64,000 nucleotides of DNA from Candidatus Multivoradales bacterium (GTDB lineage Bacteria; Acidobacteriota; Thermoanaerobaculia; Multivoradales; JAHEKO01): NCBI GenBank assembly GCA_965248055.1, contig CBDFIJ010000004.1, positions 1,536,001 through 1,600,000 of the forward strand. The letters run 5' to 3'. Of the stretch, positions 51,945-61,805 are shown piece by piece; the first letter of the stretch is position 1, and the number at the start of each line of letters is the position of its first letter. The notes under the pieces are model-generated. The model was not told the DNA's origin. It did no database searches and was given only the letters and a program-made list of their open reading frames with translations. Both the position numbers and the translations under genes were made by a program.

Positions 51945-53882
51945 ATGCTACGAGTTCTTCGCGACAACCTCCGATACTTATCCTGGATTCTCTGGGCGGT
52001 TATCTTAATATTCGTCTTCTTCGTATTCGCCGAATGGGGAGGCGCAGGCCAAGGACTCCAGGGCGGACAGGCGGTGGCGTTGAAAGTGGATGGCGAAGTC
52101 ATCACCTTTCCTGAATTGGATCGCGCCCATCGCAATCTTCAGCAGACCTACGGCCGCCTCTATGGTGGACAGATTCCTGCCGAGATCGCCCAACGCTTGC
52201 AGTTGCCAGTGCAGGCGGTTCAGCAACTCGTCCGTCAACGGTTGATGGTGCAAGAGGCCAACGCCGCCGGCTTGGTCATCAGTGATCAAGAGCTGGGCGA
52301 GAGGATGCTCGAACTGCCGGTCTTTCGCAACCCGTCCGGTGAGTACATCGGCGACGAAAACTACCAACAGGCTGTCCGTTCTCTGGGCTATCCCAGCCCC
52401 AAGAATTTCGAGGCAGCATTTCGCCAGGACCTCTTGGTAGAAAAGCTCACGTCGATGATGCGCGACACGGTCGATATCACCGAAGAGTCGGTGGAAACTA
52501 CCTATCGTCGCGAGCAAGAGAGCGCCCGCATTGACTACTTATTGCTCGATTCGAATCGATTCCTGACCGGACTCGATGCTCAAGATAATGAGCTGGAAGC
52601 CTTTTTCGCAGCCAACACCGAAGACTTTCGCATTCCGGAAAAACGCGTGGTTCGCTATCTGCTGGTCGATCCAGCCGAGATTCGCAATACGCTGGCAATT
52701 GACGATGCCCAGGTGGAAGCCGATTTTCAAGCCAACGCCGATGAGTATCGACGCGAAGAGCGGGTCCGTGCGCGGCAAATCTTGTTACTCATCGGTAACT
52801 CGCGCGACGCAGAGCAAGCGCGCGCCGAGCTCACCGCTCTACAAGGACAGATTCAGGCGGGCGCCGACTTTGCCGAACTAGCGACCCTTTACTCAGAAGA
52901 TCCAGCGAGCAAAGACAACGGCGGAGACATGGGCTACTTCGCCCGCGGTGAGATCCTGCCGGAAGTCGAGAATGTTGCTTTCGCCAGCACTCCGGGAGAA
53001 GTTGTGGGGCCGATCCAGACTTCCTTCGGTCTGCATCTGATCGAAGTACTCGACAAACAGGCCGGAGGCTTGCCACCATTTGAAGAAATTAAAGAACAGG
53101 TGCGAGGACGGATGCTCAATGAGCGAGCGGTTCAGGTCGCAGCGGAAAAGGCGGCAGCCCTGGCAACGGCAGCCACCAGTGACGATGACACCGGCTCCGC
53201 CTGGGCCGCAACCGCTGAAAACGAAACTGGCGTTTCCTACACCGAATCATCTCCCTTCGGGCGCACTGAGCCAATACCCGGACTGGGCTTTTCCCCGCAA
53301 TTTGCCGACACTGCGTTTTCTCTGGAGGCGGGCACTCCTTCCGGCGCGATCCCCATCGGCCAAGCCTGGGCGATTCTGGATCTAGTGCGCATCGACCCAC
53401 CGCGCATCCCTGAACTTAGCGAAGTGCAAGCTGCAGTGCGAAATCAATTTCTGCAAAGCCGCTCACTGGAACTCGCTGTCAAGCGTCTGGATGGAGCTCG
53501 CACTGCAGTCGAAGGAGGACGTCCTCTGAAACGTGTCGCTGGTGATCTGAACATTGAAGTCAGCGCTTCGGAGTCCTTCAACCGCGACGGAAACCTGGGA
53601 GATCTAGGCCAACCCGACGCCTTGATCGAGGCGGCGCTCACTGGCTCTGAAGGGGACTTGGTCGGTCCCTTTGAAACCTCCAACGGCGCAGTCTTGGCCA
53701 GAGTCGCCGAACGCGTCCAGTTCGATCGCGAAGCCTACCTCCAAGCACGAGACCAAACCGAGCAACAACTGCGTGAAGAACAGGCCTCGCGTCTCTTGGA
53801 ATCGTTGATTTCGCGGCGTCAAGGAATGGCCGACATCGATTACAGCCCAGACCTGAATGCGCAACTCGAAAATCTAGGTTAG
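51945..53882 (+). CDS. ppiD: PpiD/SurA-family peptidyl-prolyl isomerase chaperone
   Basis: N-terminal TM, SurA-N-like region and parvulin motifs (FAELA..SED..GGDMG, FGLHLI). Confidence 0.85.
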   Translation: MLRVLRDNLRYLSWILWAVILIFVFFVFAEWGGAGQGLQGGQAVALKVDGEVITFPELDRAHRNLQQTYGRLYGGQIPAEIAQRLQLPVQAVQQLVRQRLMVQEANAAGLVISDQELGERMLELPVFRNPSGEYIGDENYQQAVRSLGYPSPKNFEAAFRQDLLVEKLTSMMRDTVDITEESVETTYRREQESARIDYLLLDSNRFLTGLDAQDNELEAFFAANTEDFRIPEKRVVRYLLVDPAEIRNTLAIDDAQVEADFQANADEYRREERVRARQILLLIGNSRDAEQARAELTALQGQIQAGADFAELATLYSEDPASKDNGGDMGYFARGEILPEVENVAFASTPGEVVGPIQTSFGLHLIEVLDKQAGGLPPFEEIKEQVRGRMLNERAVQVAAEKAAALATAATSDDDTGSAWAATAENETGVSYTESSPFGRTEPIPGLGFSPQFADTAFSLEAGTPSGAIPIGQAWAILDLVRIDPPRIPELSEVQAAVRNQFLQSRSLELAVKRLDGARTAVEGGRPLKRVAGDLNIEVSASESFNRDGNLGDLGQPDALIEAALTGSEGDLVGPFETSNGAVLARVAERVQFDREAYLQARDQTEQQLREEQASRLLESLISRRQGMADIDYSPDLNAQLENLG

Positions 53883-53892
53883 CTCCGAGCTG

Positions 53893-54486
53893 ATGATCGG
53901 TCACCTGCACGGAACCATCGTCGAGTGCAGCCCCGATGCGGTTGTGCTTGACGTCAACGGCGTTGGCTACCAGCTTGAAGTGCCTCTGTCGACCTACTAC
54001 GAGGTCGAGAAACTGGGCCTGGAGCAGGCGGTCACACTACAAGTCCGCACCTATCTGCGAGACGACCGGATCACTCTGTACGGATTTTGGAATGGACGCG
54101 AACGAGATCTGTTTGAACGCTTAATCGGTGTCTCCAAGATCGGACCTAAAGTGGCACTCGGAATTCTCTCTGGGCTGCCGGCAGACGAGCTTCTGAGCGC
54201 GTTGGCATCGGGCGACGTAGTCCGGCTATCTCGAATTCCTCGCGTTGGCAAGAAAACCGCTGAACGATTGGTGCTGGAACTGAAGGACAAGGTCGCCGAC
54301 CTGGCCAAAGGGCTGACACCAGTCGCTGCACCCAGCGACAGTGACGACTTGGTGATGGCCTTGCTCGGACTGGGTTACAAACGACGAGAGGCTGAGCAAG
54401 CTGCGGATGTGGTTCGCGAGAGAGCGGAGGACTCCCCGTTTCATGAGCAACTACGCCTGGCGTTGAGTCAGTTGTCGCGCACATAG
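53893..54486 (+). CDS. ruvA: Holliday junction branch migration protein RuvA
   Basis: MIGHLHG, VNGVGY, IGPKVAL and VGKKTAERL motifs. Confidence 0.95.
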   Translation: MIGHLHGTIVECSPDAVVLDVNGVGYQLEVPLSTYYEVEKLGLEQAVTLQVRTYLRDDRITLYGFWNGRERDLFERLIGVSKIGPKVALGILSGLPADELLSALASGDVVRLSRIPRVGKKTAERLVLELKDKVADLAKGLTPVAAPSDSDDLVMALLGLGYKRREAEQAADVVRERAEDSPFHEQLRLALSQLSRT

Positions 54487-54588
54487 AGTCGTATTCCGAA
54501 AGCAAACCAACGCCGACAAAGACACAAACCGATCTTTTTCGAGATCACAACGTCTGCTTTCCATACAACCCCGTTTACAATGGCCTCG

Positions 54589-55617
54589 ATGAGAGACGAT
54601 CCCGGGCTGCTAGCTCCGACTCCGGACATCGAGGACGAACGCTTTGAACAGTCGTTGCGACCGCATGTTCTGGATGAATATGTCGGGCAAACAAAGATCG
54701 TCAACAATCTCAAGGTCTTCATCCAGGCGGCGAGGGGTCGGCGAGAAAGCCTCGATCACGTCCTGTTGTTCGGTCCTCCTGGGCTGGGCAAAACCACCTT
54801 GGCACACATCATCGGCCACGAAATGGGGGCTCCCTTGCGCTCGACCTCTGGACCGGTACTGGAGCGTGCCGGAGACTTGGCGGCCATTCTCACCAACCTG
54901 GAACCCGGTCAAGTTCTGTTCATTGACGAGATTCACCGTCTCGGTCCGACGGTAGAGGAGATCCTCTATCCAGCTCTGGAAGACTTTCAACTGGATTTGA
55001 TGATCGGGCAAGGACCGACTGCCCGCAGCGTCAAGGTCGACCTGCCACCGTTCACCTTAGTCGGCGCGACCACGCGAGCCGGACTGATCACCTCACCACT
55101 GCGCGCACGGTTCGGCATTGTTCATCGACTGGACTTTTACGCTCCTCAGGAACTGGCTGAAATCGCCACGCGCTCAGCCAAAATTCTCGACATCCCCACC
55201 GATCGGGAAGGTGCAGTTGAAATTGCCCGCAGAAGTCGAGGCACCCCGCGTATCGCCAATCGCTTGCTGCGGCGAGTCCGCGACTTTGCCGAAGTACAGG
55301 GCGAGGGAACCATCAATTTGGACATGGCGGTAAGCGCTCTCGAAGCACTGGAAGTGGACCAATTCGGCTTTGACGAAGTAGACCGCAAAGTCTTGACAGT
55401 CTTGATCCAGCAATACCAAGGCGGCCCGGCGGGGATCCGCGCCTTGGCGGCGGCAATCGGGGAAGACCGGGGAACCTTGGAAGACCTCTACGAACCCTTC
55501 TTGATCCAGGAGGGTTTCATACAGCGAACACCGCGCGGTCGGGTGGCTACGCGGCGCGCCTACGAACACCTTGGTTTTGCTCCCCCCGCTGGAACCGGTG
55601 GGGCGACCTTGTTTTAA
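54589..55617 (+). CDS. ruvB: Holliday junction helicase RuvB
   Basis: [30 protein letters not shown] and RTPRGR motifs; start 54589 or 54580. Confidence 0.97.
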   Translation: MRDDPGLLAPTPDIEDERFEQSLRPHVLDEYVGQTKIVNNLKVFIQAARGRRESLDHVLLFGPPGLGKTTLAHIIGHEMGAPLRSTSGPVLERAGDLAAILTNLEPGQVLFIDEIHRLGPTVEEILYPALEDFQLDLMIGQGPTARSVKVDLPPFTLVGATTRAGLITSPLRARFGIVHRLDFYAPQELAEIATRSAKILDIPTDREGAVEIARRSRGTPRIANRLLRRVRDFAEVQGEGTINLDMAVSALEALEVDQFGFDEVDRKVLTVLIQQYQGGPAGIRALAAAIGEDRGTLEDLYEPFLIQEGFIQRTPRGRVATRRAYEHLGFAPPAGTGGATLF

Positions 55618-55620
55618 CCT

Positions 55621-56511
55621 TTGAATGTGGTTGGGCCTGTGAGCACGATCGCCCAGGCATTGCTGATCGCCAACCCTGACGCGGGTCAAGGGCTGCCTCA
55701 AGCAGAAAGCGTGGCGGAGGTGTTGCGAGCGCAATTTGAAGTCGTCACATATTTCTCCGAATCTGCCCAGGCGGCGCAGCAGGCCTCCAAGGAGGCCGCA
55801 GCCGAGAGCTATCAAGCGGTCTTTGCCCTGGGAGGAGACGGCACGGTTCGCCAAGTGGCAACTGGATTGCTCGGATCCAAGACCGAACTATGGGTGCTCC
55901 CAGGAGGCACCACCAACGTGGTCTCCAAAGCGTTGGATCTAGACCAAAAGCCGACCAGAGCGGCACAACAACTCCTCGAGGGCACCGTAATCGAGGCTGA
56001 TACCGGCCTAGCCGGACAAGAAATCTTCTTGATGCAAGCTTCGGGTGGACTCGACGTTGAGGTTCTGGAATCGGTCAATCCGATCGCCAAACGCCATCTT
56101 GGCCGTGCGGCATATGCGGCGCCCGCGGTGCAGCGCTGGTGGCAATACGATTACCCGGAGATCGAGATCGAGACCGAAGGAGTGCGCCGCAAGGTCGCGT
56201 TCTTTGCCGCTTGCAACCTTCCTTACTACGCTGGGCGTTTCCGGCTGGCACCGCACGCGGACTTCACCACGCGTCAATTGGAGTTGATCACTCTCAGTAA
56301 GACAGGGAAATGGGCTGCGTTGGAATTCGCCGTGGCGCTCGCCAGAACGCAGCACACCGATCTACAGGGTGTCGCCGCCAAGAATTTGCAGCGGTTGGTG
56401 GTCCATGGACCCGCCGATCTCCACATCCAACTCGACGGAGATCCGATTCAAATCCAGCTGCCGCTAGAGATCAAAGTGGCGCCCGCGTCGCTACGTCTGC
56501 GGGTTCCCTAA
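55621..56511 (+). CDS. Diacylglycerol/lipid kinase family protein
   Basis: NPDAG, GGDGT, PGGTTN and QLDGD motifs. Confidence 0.88.
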   Translation: MNVVGPVSTIAQALLIANPDAGQGLPQAESVAEVLRAQFEVVTYFSESAQAAQQASKEAAAESYQAVFALGGDGTVRQVATGLLGSKTELWVLPGGTTNVVSKALDLDQKPTRAAQQLLEGTVIEADTGLAGQEIFLMQASGGLDVEVLESVNPIAKRHLGRAAYAAPAVQRWWQYDYPEIEIETEGVRRKVAFFAACNLPYYAGRFRLAPHADFTTRQLELITLSKTGKWAALEFAVALARTQHTDLQGVAAKNLQRLVVHGPADLHIQLDGDPIQIQLPLEIKVAPASLRLRVP

Positions 56512-56512
56512 A

Positions 56513-57703
56513 TTAGCTGGCCGCATCGGCTCGATAGCCACTCGACTCAATCGCCGAACGAATTGCCGCCGTATCGGCGTTTCCCGCGACCGCCACCTCA
56601 CCGGCAGAAAGGTTGGCGGTCGCCGAATTCACTCCTGGAACCTCCTGGACCGCTCGCTCAACTTGCATCACACAACTCTCACAAGTCATTCCAGACACCG
56701 GGATGACGATATCCGCCTCGCTCGGCACACGGCCTTGCCACCAACGCCGAAGGTCGCGCAAGGCAAACCAGATCAAGACGGCGACCAGCAAGATCGCGGC
56801 GGGCGGCTCCCAAGGCTTGACAACGTGATGCTGTACCGCGGCGGTTGCCGTCGACACCGGCACCAGAAAATCGAACAACCAGCCCATCGCCAGGCTGCCG
56901 ACGATCAAGGTCCCCAAGTAGACCGTCAAAGATCGGCGACCCAATCCTCGGTACACAGCGCCTATGGTCGCGACGTTGGTCGCGGGTCCAGCCATCAAGA
57001 AAACCAATGCTGCGCCTGCCGGGACTCCCGCCGAAACCAAGGTCGCAGCGATCGGCACCGAGGCGGTCGCGCACACGTAAAGCGGCAGCGAAAACGCCAG
57101 CGCCACAAGGCCGGTCAAAAGTGGGGGCCAATCGGCGATCCCGGCCATGGCTCCCGCCGGTACCCAAGTATCAATCGCTGCGGAAACCAAGATTCCAAAC
57201 GCCAGCCATCTCCAGATCATGTGCAAGAGATCGACGGTGTAGTCGTAGATCTCCCTAAACGACTTGCGGTGACTGGTTTCCACTGGGGCCGCCTCGACCT
57301 CACCAATCTGGTGAGGACCACTGTCGGCAAGCCAGCCACCGACGACTCCGGTCACTGCAGCGGCGGCCACTTTAAACAGAGCAAACGGCCAGCCGAGAAA
57401 CGACGCCGACACCAAAATCGAATCGACTCCAGTTTGCGGTGTTGAGATCAAGAATCCGACCGCCGCCCCGTCGCTAGCACCTTCCTTTTTCAATCCCAAT
57501 CCGGCGGGGATCACGCCGCAGGAACACAATGGCAAGGGAACCCCCAAGGCAACCGCCTTGAGCACTCCCGCCCGCCCTCGAAACTGGCGATGAATCCAAG
57601 TCGGCGGCAGCAACCCGTGCAACACCCCAGCGATCGCTGCTCCGAGCAATAGCCAGGGAGCCAAAGACAACAAAATCGCCCACATCGATTCAAAGAAAAT
57701 CAT
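56513..57703 (-). CDS. Metal permease (DUF318/SO_0444-like) with C-terminal HMA domain
   Basis: PLPLCSCGVIP, STPQTGVDS, YVCATASVP, AGPATN and GMTCESC motifs; ATGA overlap with csoR. Confidence 0.88.
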   Translation of the reverse strand: MIFFESMWAILLSLAPWLLLGAAIAGVLHGLLPPTWIHRQFRGRAGVLKAVALGVPLPLCSCGVIPAGLGLKKEGASDGAAVGFLISTPQTGVDSILVSASFLGWPFALFKVAAAAVTGVVGGWLADSGPHQIGEVEAAPVETSHRKSFREIYDYTVDLLHMIWRWLAFGILVSAAIDTWVPAGAMAGIADWPPLLTGLVALAFSLPLYVCATASVPIAATLVSAGVPAGAALVFLMAGPATNVATIGAVYRGLGRRSLTVYLGTLIVGSLAMGWLFDFLVPVSTATAAVQHHVVKPWEPPAAILLVAVLIWFALRDLRRWWQGRVPSEADIVIPVSGMTCESCVMQVERAVQEVPGVNSATANLSAGEVAVAGNADTAAIRSAIESSGYRADAAS

Positions 57704-58017
57704 TTGGTCGGCAGGCCTCCGTAGCGAGAAAAGACTTCCATCAGCTCCTCTACCTGTCGATCTTGCTCGGTGACATCCCCACTGCGAAAAGCGCTGGCGA
57801 CGCAGTGCTCGATGTGGGAGCCCAATAGCATCTGGCCAACCCGACCCAGGGCGCCTCGTACCGCAGCAATCTGCACCAGAATGTCCACGCAATAGGCATC
57901 TTCTTCGACCATTCGGCGTACCGCAGCGAGCTGACCTTCCGCCCGCGACAGCCGCCGCAAGAGAGGCTGGCGCAAGTCAGCATGACTGGTGGTTCTTTTT
58001 GGTTTTGCTTCACTCAT
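57700..58017 (-). CDS. csoR: Metal-sensing repressor, CsoR family
   Basis: RLSRAEGQ, YCVDIL and HIEHC (Cys-His-Cys ligand set). Confidence 0.92.
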   Translation of the reverse strand: MSEAKPKRTTSHADLRQPLLRRLSRAEGQLAAVRRMVEEDAYCVDILVQIAAVRGALGRVGQMLLGSHIEHCVASAFRSGDVTEQDRQVEELMEVFSRYGGLPTK

Positions 58018-58027
58018 TAGGTCCCGT

Positions 58028-58050
58028 ATTATATACCCCACTGGGGTATA
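58028..58050 (-). promoter_or_regulatory. CsoR operator overlapping the -10 box
   Basis: Palindrome TATACCCCA-C-TGGGGTATA (58032-58050) adjoining minus-strand TATAAT (58033-58028). Confidence 0.88.
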
Positions 58051-58203
58051 CAATACGATCTCACCTATCTGACTCTCTGCGCTTCAAAACACAACTGAAA
58101 TAGGGGCTCAGCGTAGAACTGGCGTGGAGCTGGTTCGGAAATCTAACGCCGCCCAATCTGGGTCACACCGATCGCCAACAACATCCCTGGTAGCGTAAGG
58201 ACT

Positions 58204-58551
58204 ATGGAACCCCTCTCCCTGGACAAGTTTTGGACTTGGTTCGAGCAGCACGCCAACTGTCTAACCCGAGTAGCCACCCCAAACACCGTTCTCTACGACG
58301 ACGAGTCGGTCCATTGGGTGATCGGACTCGAACGCAATACCTGGGTGATTCAGGCGATTCGTGGAAAACGGATCGCAGGCGAAGTTTTGATCGACACTAG
58401 TCAACTCAGCCACGTTCTACCGCTGATGGAAGAACTCGACGAACACGGATTCGAGGCGATGTCCGAGAACGAACCGAGCCGTTCAGTGGCTTGCGTTTTC
58501 TTTTTCACCCACGGATTTGAAGAGGACGAACACAACGCTTCCGTGCATTAG
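58204..58551 (+). CDS. Hypothetical protein
   Basis: 115-aa ORF divergent from csoR, filling the intergenic gap; family not recognised. Confidence 0.7.
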   Translation: MEPLSLDKFWTWFEQHANCLTRVATPNTVLYDDESVHWVIGLERNTWVIQAIRGKRIAGEVLIDTSQLSHVLPLMEELDEHGFEAMSENEPSRSVACVFFFTHGFEEDEHNASVH

Positions 58552-58585
58552 AGGGGACACAAGCAAAGTATTGTGTCCCCCTCTA
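58549..58585. terminator. Hairpin between convergent genes (GGGGACACAA arms; possible REP or bidirectional terminator)
   Basis: ggggacacaa (58553-58562), 8-nt loop, ttgtgtcccc (58571-58580), extended by tagag/ctcta. Confidence 0.6.
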
Positions 58586-60472
58586 GCGCCGCTTCTTGCC
58601 CAAATAAAGATCGGTCACCGTACCTTCGAACACTTCGGCGGCCATCGCCACGGTCTCCGAGAAGGTCGGATGCGGATGGATGGTGAGGCCCAAGTCGGCC
58701 GCCTCGGCACCCATTTCGATCGCCAAGGCGATCTCGGCGATCAATTCACCAGCATGAGGGCCCACCAGCCCAGCACCCAGCACCTTGTTGGTGTCGGGGT
58801 CAAAGAGGATCTTGGTCGTGCCCTCGGTTCTGCCAACACCGATTGCGCGACCACTGGCTGCCCAAGGAAATGCCGCAACTTGATATACAACGCCACTCTC
58901 CTTGGCTGCCGTCTCGGTCAGTCCGGCCCAAGCGATTTCGGGGTCGGTGTAGGCCACTGAGGGGATCACGCGAGCGTCAAAAGAGCTCTTGTGTCCAGCG
59001 GCGACCTCGGCTGCCACCTTGGCCTGGTGGGTCGCTTTATGCGCTAGCTGGGGCTCTCCCACCAAATCACCAATCGCAAAAATATGCGGTTGGTTGGTGC
59101 GCTGCTGGCGATCCACGGTGACAAAGCCGCGGCCATCGACGGTAATCTCTGCCGCCTCAATGCCAATGCGGTCCGAGTTGGCTCTTCGACCAACCGCGAC
59201 CAAGACTCGGTCAAAGGTCTCGGGGTCGCCTTGGTATTTACCCTCGTAGGTGGCCACTAGCCCATCTTCGCTTGCCTCAATCGAACTTGCCTTGGTACCC
59301 AAGAGAATGCGGCAGCCTTGCTTCTTGAGCCTTCGCTGCAGGGGGCGCACTAAGTCCAGGTCGCAGCCTGGAATCAACTGAGGCTTGAGTTCCAAGATCG
59401 TGATCTGGGATCCCAGTGCCGCGTAAACGGTCGCCATCTCCAACCCAATAATGCCGCCGCCAACCACCAACAATCGTTCCGGAACCGTGTCTAGCTTGAG
59501 AGCATCGGTTGAGTCCCAAATGCGGGGATCATCGTAGGGATAGCCCGGCAGCTCAAAGGGCCGCGAACCCACCGCCAAAATCAACTGGTCAAAAGAAACC
59601 GTGCTGACCCCACCCTCGCCGTCAATCTCAAAGTGATGAGTTGAAGCGAAACGGGCGATCCCCTGCCGCACCTCCACCCCGCGTTGTTTAGCCATCGTCG
59701 CCAAGCCGCCGGTTAGACGACTTACGACCCGATCCTTGAACTGCACGAGTTGCCCCAGGTCGATCTTGGGCTCGCCAAAGTCCACACCGTGGTCGGCCAT
59801 GGCGGCGGCGGCAGAAATGACCTCGGCAGTGTGCAGCAAGGCCTTGGACGGAATGCAGCCGACGTTCAAACACACTCCACCCAAATCCGCATACTTCTCA
59901 ATCAGCAGCACCGGCAGGCCAAGATCGGCAGCGCGAAACGCTGCGGTATAACCACCGGGACCGGCGCCGAGAACCACCAAAGGATGGTGTTCGTCGGCTA
60001 CTGCACGAATCTCCGCTGGCGCGGCTGGGGAAGGAACGGCCTGCGATGGAGCAGCAACAATTGTAGTTGCAGTCGCGGTCGACTGCCTTGCTTCCCCCTT
60101 TGTCTGGGCGGGCTGCGAAGCGCTGGAGTCGGCTCCCGCGACACTCGGAGTTACGACCTCAGAGGTGCCTTCTCGCTCTTGCCCATCCAGCGCTTGCGAA
60201 GTGGATGCAGCCGCCTCGTCCACGACCTCGTCGACCTCCAAGGCAAGAATTACAGCTCCTTCGCGCGCCGGGTCTCCCACCGCCAAGTGCATTTTCGCCA
60301 CCAGTCCCGCCTGCGGCGCGGGTACGTCCATCGAAGCTTTCTCGCTCTCTAGAACAATCAGGCTGTCGTCGACCGCCACGGCATCGCCGACGCTGACCAA
60401 AACCTCGACCACAGCGACGTCATCGGCGCCACCCAAATCTGGAATACGAACTTCAACCTGTGTCACAGTCAT
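58583..60472 (-). CDS. lpdA: Dihydrolipoyl dehydrogenase E3 with N-terminal lipoyl domain
   Basis: LESEKASMDVP lipoyl motif, GAGPGG, CLNVGCIPSK and HPHPTFSE. Confidence 0.96.
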   Translation of the reverse strand: MTVTQVEVRIPDLGGADDVAVVEVLVSVGDAVAVDDSLIVLESEKASMDVPAPQAGLVAKMHLAVGDPAREGAVILALEVDEVVDEAAASTSQALDGQEREGTSEVVTPSVAGADSSASQPAQTKGEARQSTATATTIVAAPSQAVPSPAAPAEIRAVADEHHPLVVLGAGPGGYTAAFRAADLGLPVLLIEKYADLGGVCLNVGCIPSKALLHTAEVISAAAAMADHGVDFGEPKIDLGQLVQFKDRVVSRLTGGLATMAKQRGVEVRQGIARFASTHHFEIDGEGGVSTVSFDQLILAVGSRPFELPGYPYDDPRIWDSTDALKLDTVPERLLVVGGGIIGLEMATVYAALGSQITILELKPQLIPGCDLDLVRPLQRRLKKQGCRILLGTKASSIEASEDGLVATYEGKYQGDPETFDRVLVAVGRRANSDRIGIEAAEITVDGRGFVTVDRQQRTNQPHIFAIGDLVGEPQLAHKATHQAKVAAEVAAGHKSSFDARVIPSVAYTDPEIAWAGLTETAAKESGVVYQVAAFPWAASGRAIGVGRTEGTTKILFDPDTNKVLGAGLVGPHAGELIAEIALAIEMGAEAADLGLTIHPHPTFSETVAMAAEVFEGTVTDLYLGKKRR

Positions 60473-60495
60473 TCCCTATCAAAAGTCAGCCCCTG

Positions 60496-61800
60496 TCAGA
60501 GTTGGAAGTTGCTCGGATCGGCGAGCAGTCCGCCGAGGAAGGTGGTGAAGCGAACCCCCAACGCACCATCCACCACACGGTGGTCATAGGACAAGGAGAA
60601 TGGCAGCATCAACCGAGGAACAAACTCCCCGTCGACAAACACCGGGGTCATGCGAGAACGGGCAACGCCCAAGATCCCGACTTCTGGAGAGTTGACGATC
60701 GGGCTGAACCCGGTGCCGCCGATCCCGCCCAAGCTGGATACGGTAAAAGACGCTCCCTGCAACTCGTTGATGCGTAGTTTTCCCTCTCGAGCTCGCGCAG
60801 ATATCCCGCCCAGCTCAGTGGCAATCGCCAATGCGCCCTTCTGATCGACATCCCGCACCACCGGAACCACCAGTCCGCCCGGCGTGTCGACCGCCACCCC
60901 CAAGTGATAACTCTTCTTGAGAATCACTTCCCCGGCGTCTGCATCGATCGACGCGTTGACCAGGGGAAATTCTTGAAGAGCTGCGGCGACCGCTTGGAGC
61001 ACAAACGCCAACGGGGTCAAACGGATCCCTTGCTCTGCCGCCACCGGTTTGTTTTTCTTGCGATACCGCTCCAGATCCGTGATGTCCGCTTCATCAAACT
61101 GGGTCACATGCGGCACGTGCAACCAAGAACGGTGCAGATTCGGTCCCGAGGCTTTCTGAATCCGCGTCAGCGGCTGCCGTTTAATGGGACCAAACTTGGC
61201 GAAATCCACCTTGGGCATCGGCGGCAAGGCTGAGCCCGCCTGGGTGGACCTCCCAGCGAGTTGCTGCATAACGAAAGCCACTACGTCCTGGCGAACAATC
61301 CGACCCTTGCGACCACTGCCGGTCACTCGACCCAGGTCGACGCCCAGCTCGCGCGCGAATCGACGCACTGCGGGGCCGGCGTAGGCGGCGGCGAAAGATC
61401 GCTCATCGATCACCGGAAAGGCAGACACGCGGGTAGCCGATGTGACAGTCACCGGCGGAGTGGCCTCCGCGGGTTCTGGTTTCACCGGAGTTGAAGCGGC
61501 CTCTATCGCACTGTTTTCGGTGACTGCACTGTCGGTCGCTTCAACTTGGGAAGCTACGACCTCCAGCGTCGCCACCAGTGCGCCTTCCTCCACCGTATCT
61601 CCCACTGCCAGATGAATCGCCACCACCGTTCCGGCGTGGGTGCTGGGCACGTCCATCGATGCCTTCTCGCTCTCGAGCGCGACCAGGGAGTCATCGACGT
61701 CAACCGAATCTCCGATGGAGACAAATACTTCAACAACCGTGACGTCGGTAGCTCCGCCTAAGTCGGGGATAGAGAGCTCTTGCTGGATCAGGTCGGCCAT
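60496..61800 (-). CDS. aceF: Pyruvate dehydrogenase E2 acetyltransferase (one lipoyl domain)
   Basis: ESEKASM, PAVRRFARE..GSGRKGRI and SYDHRVVDGA motifs. Confidence 0.95.
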   Translation of the reverse strand: MADLIQQELSIPDLGGATDVTVVEVFVSIGDSVDVDDSLVALESEKASMDVPSTHAGTVVAIHLAVGDTVEEGALVATLEVVASQVEATDSAVTENSAIEAASTPVKPEPAEATPPVTVTSATRVSAFPVIDERSFAAAYAGPAVRRFARELGVDLGRVTGSGRKGRIVRQDVVAFVMQQLAGRSTQAGSALPPMPKVDFAKFGPIKRQPLTRIQKASGPNLHRSWLHVPHVTQFDEADITDLERYRKKNKPVAAEQGIRLTPLAFVLQAVAAALQEFPLVNASIDADAGEVILKKSYHLGVAVDTPGGLVVPVVRDVDQKGALAIATELGGISARAREGKLRINELQGASFTVSSLGGIGGTGFSPIVNSPEVGILGVARSRMTPVFVDGEFVPRLMLPFSLSYDHRVVDGALGVRFTTFLGGLLADPSNFQL

Positions 61801-61805
61801 CAGAT

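Noticed and set aside
53893-55617. ruvAB without an adjacent ruvC
   Set aside because: ruvC is often encoded elsewhere; absence cannot be judged from one window.
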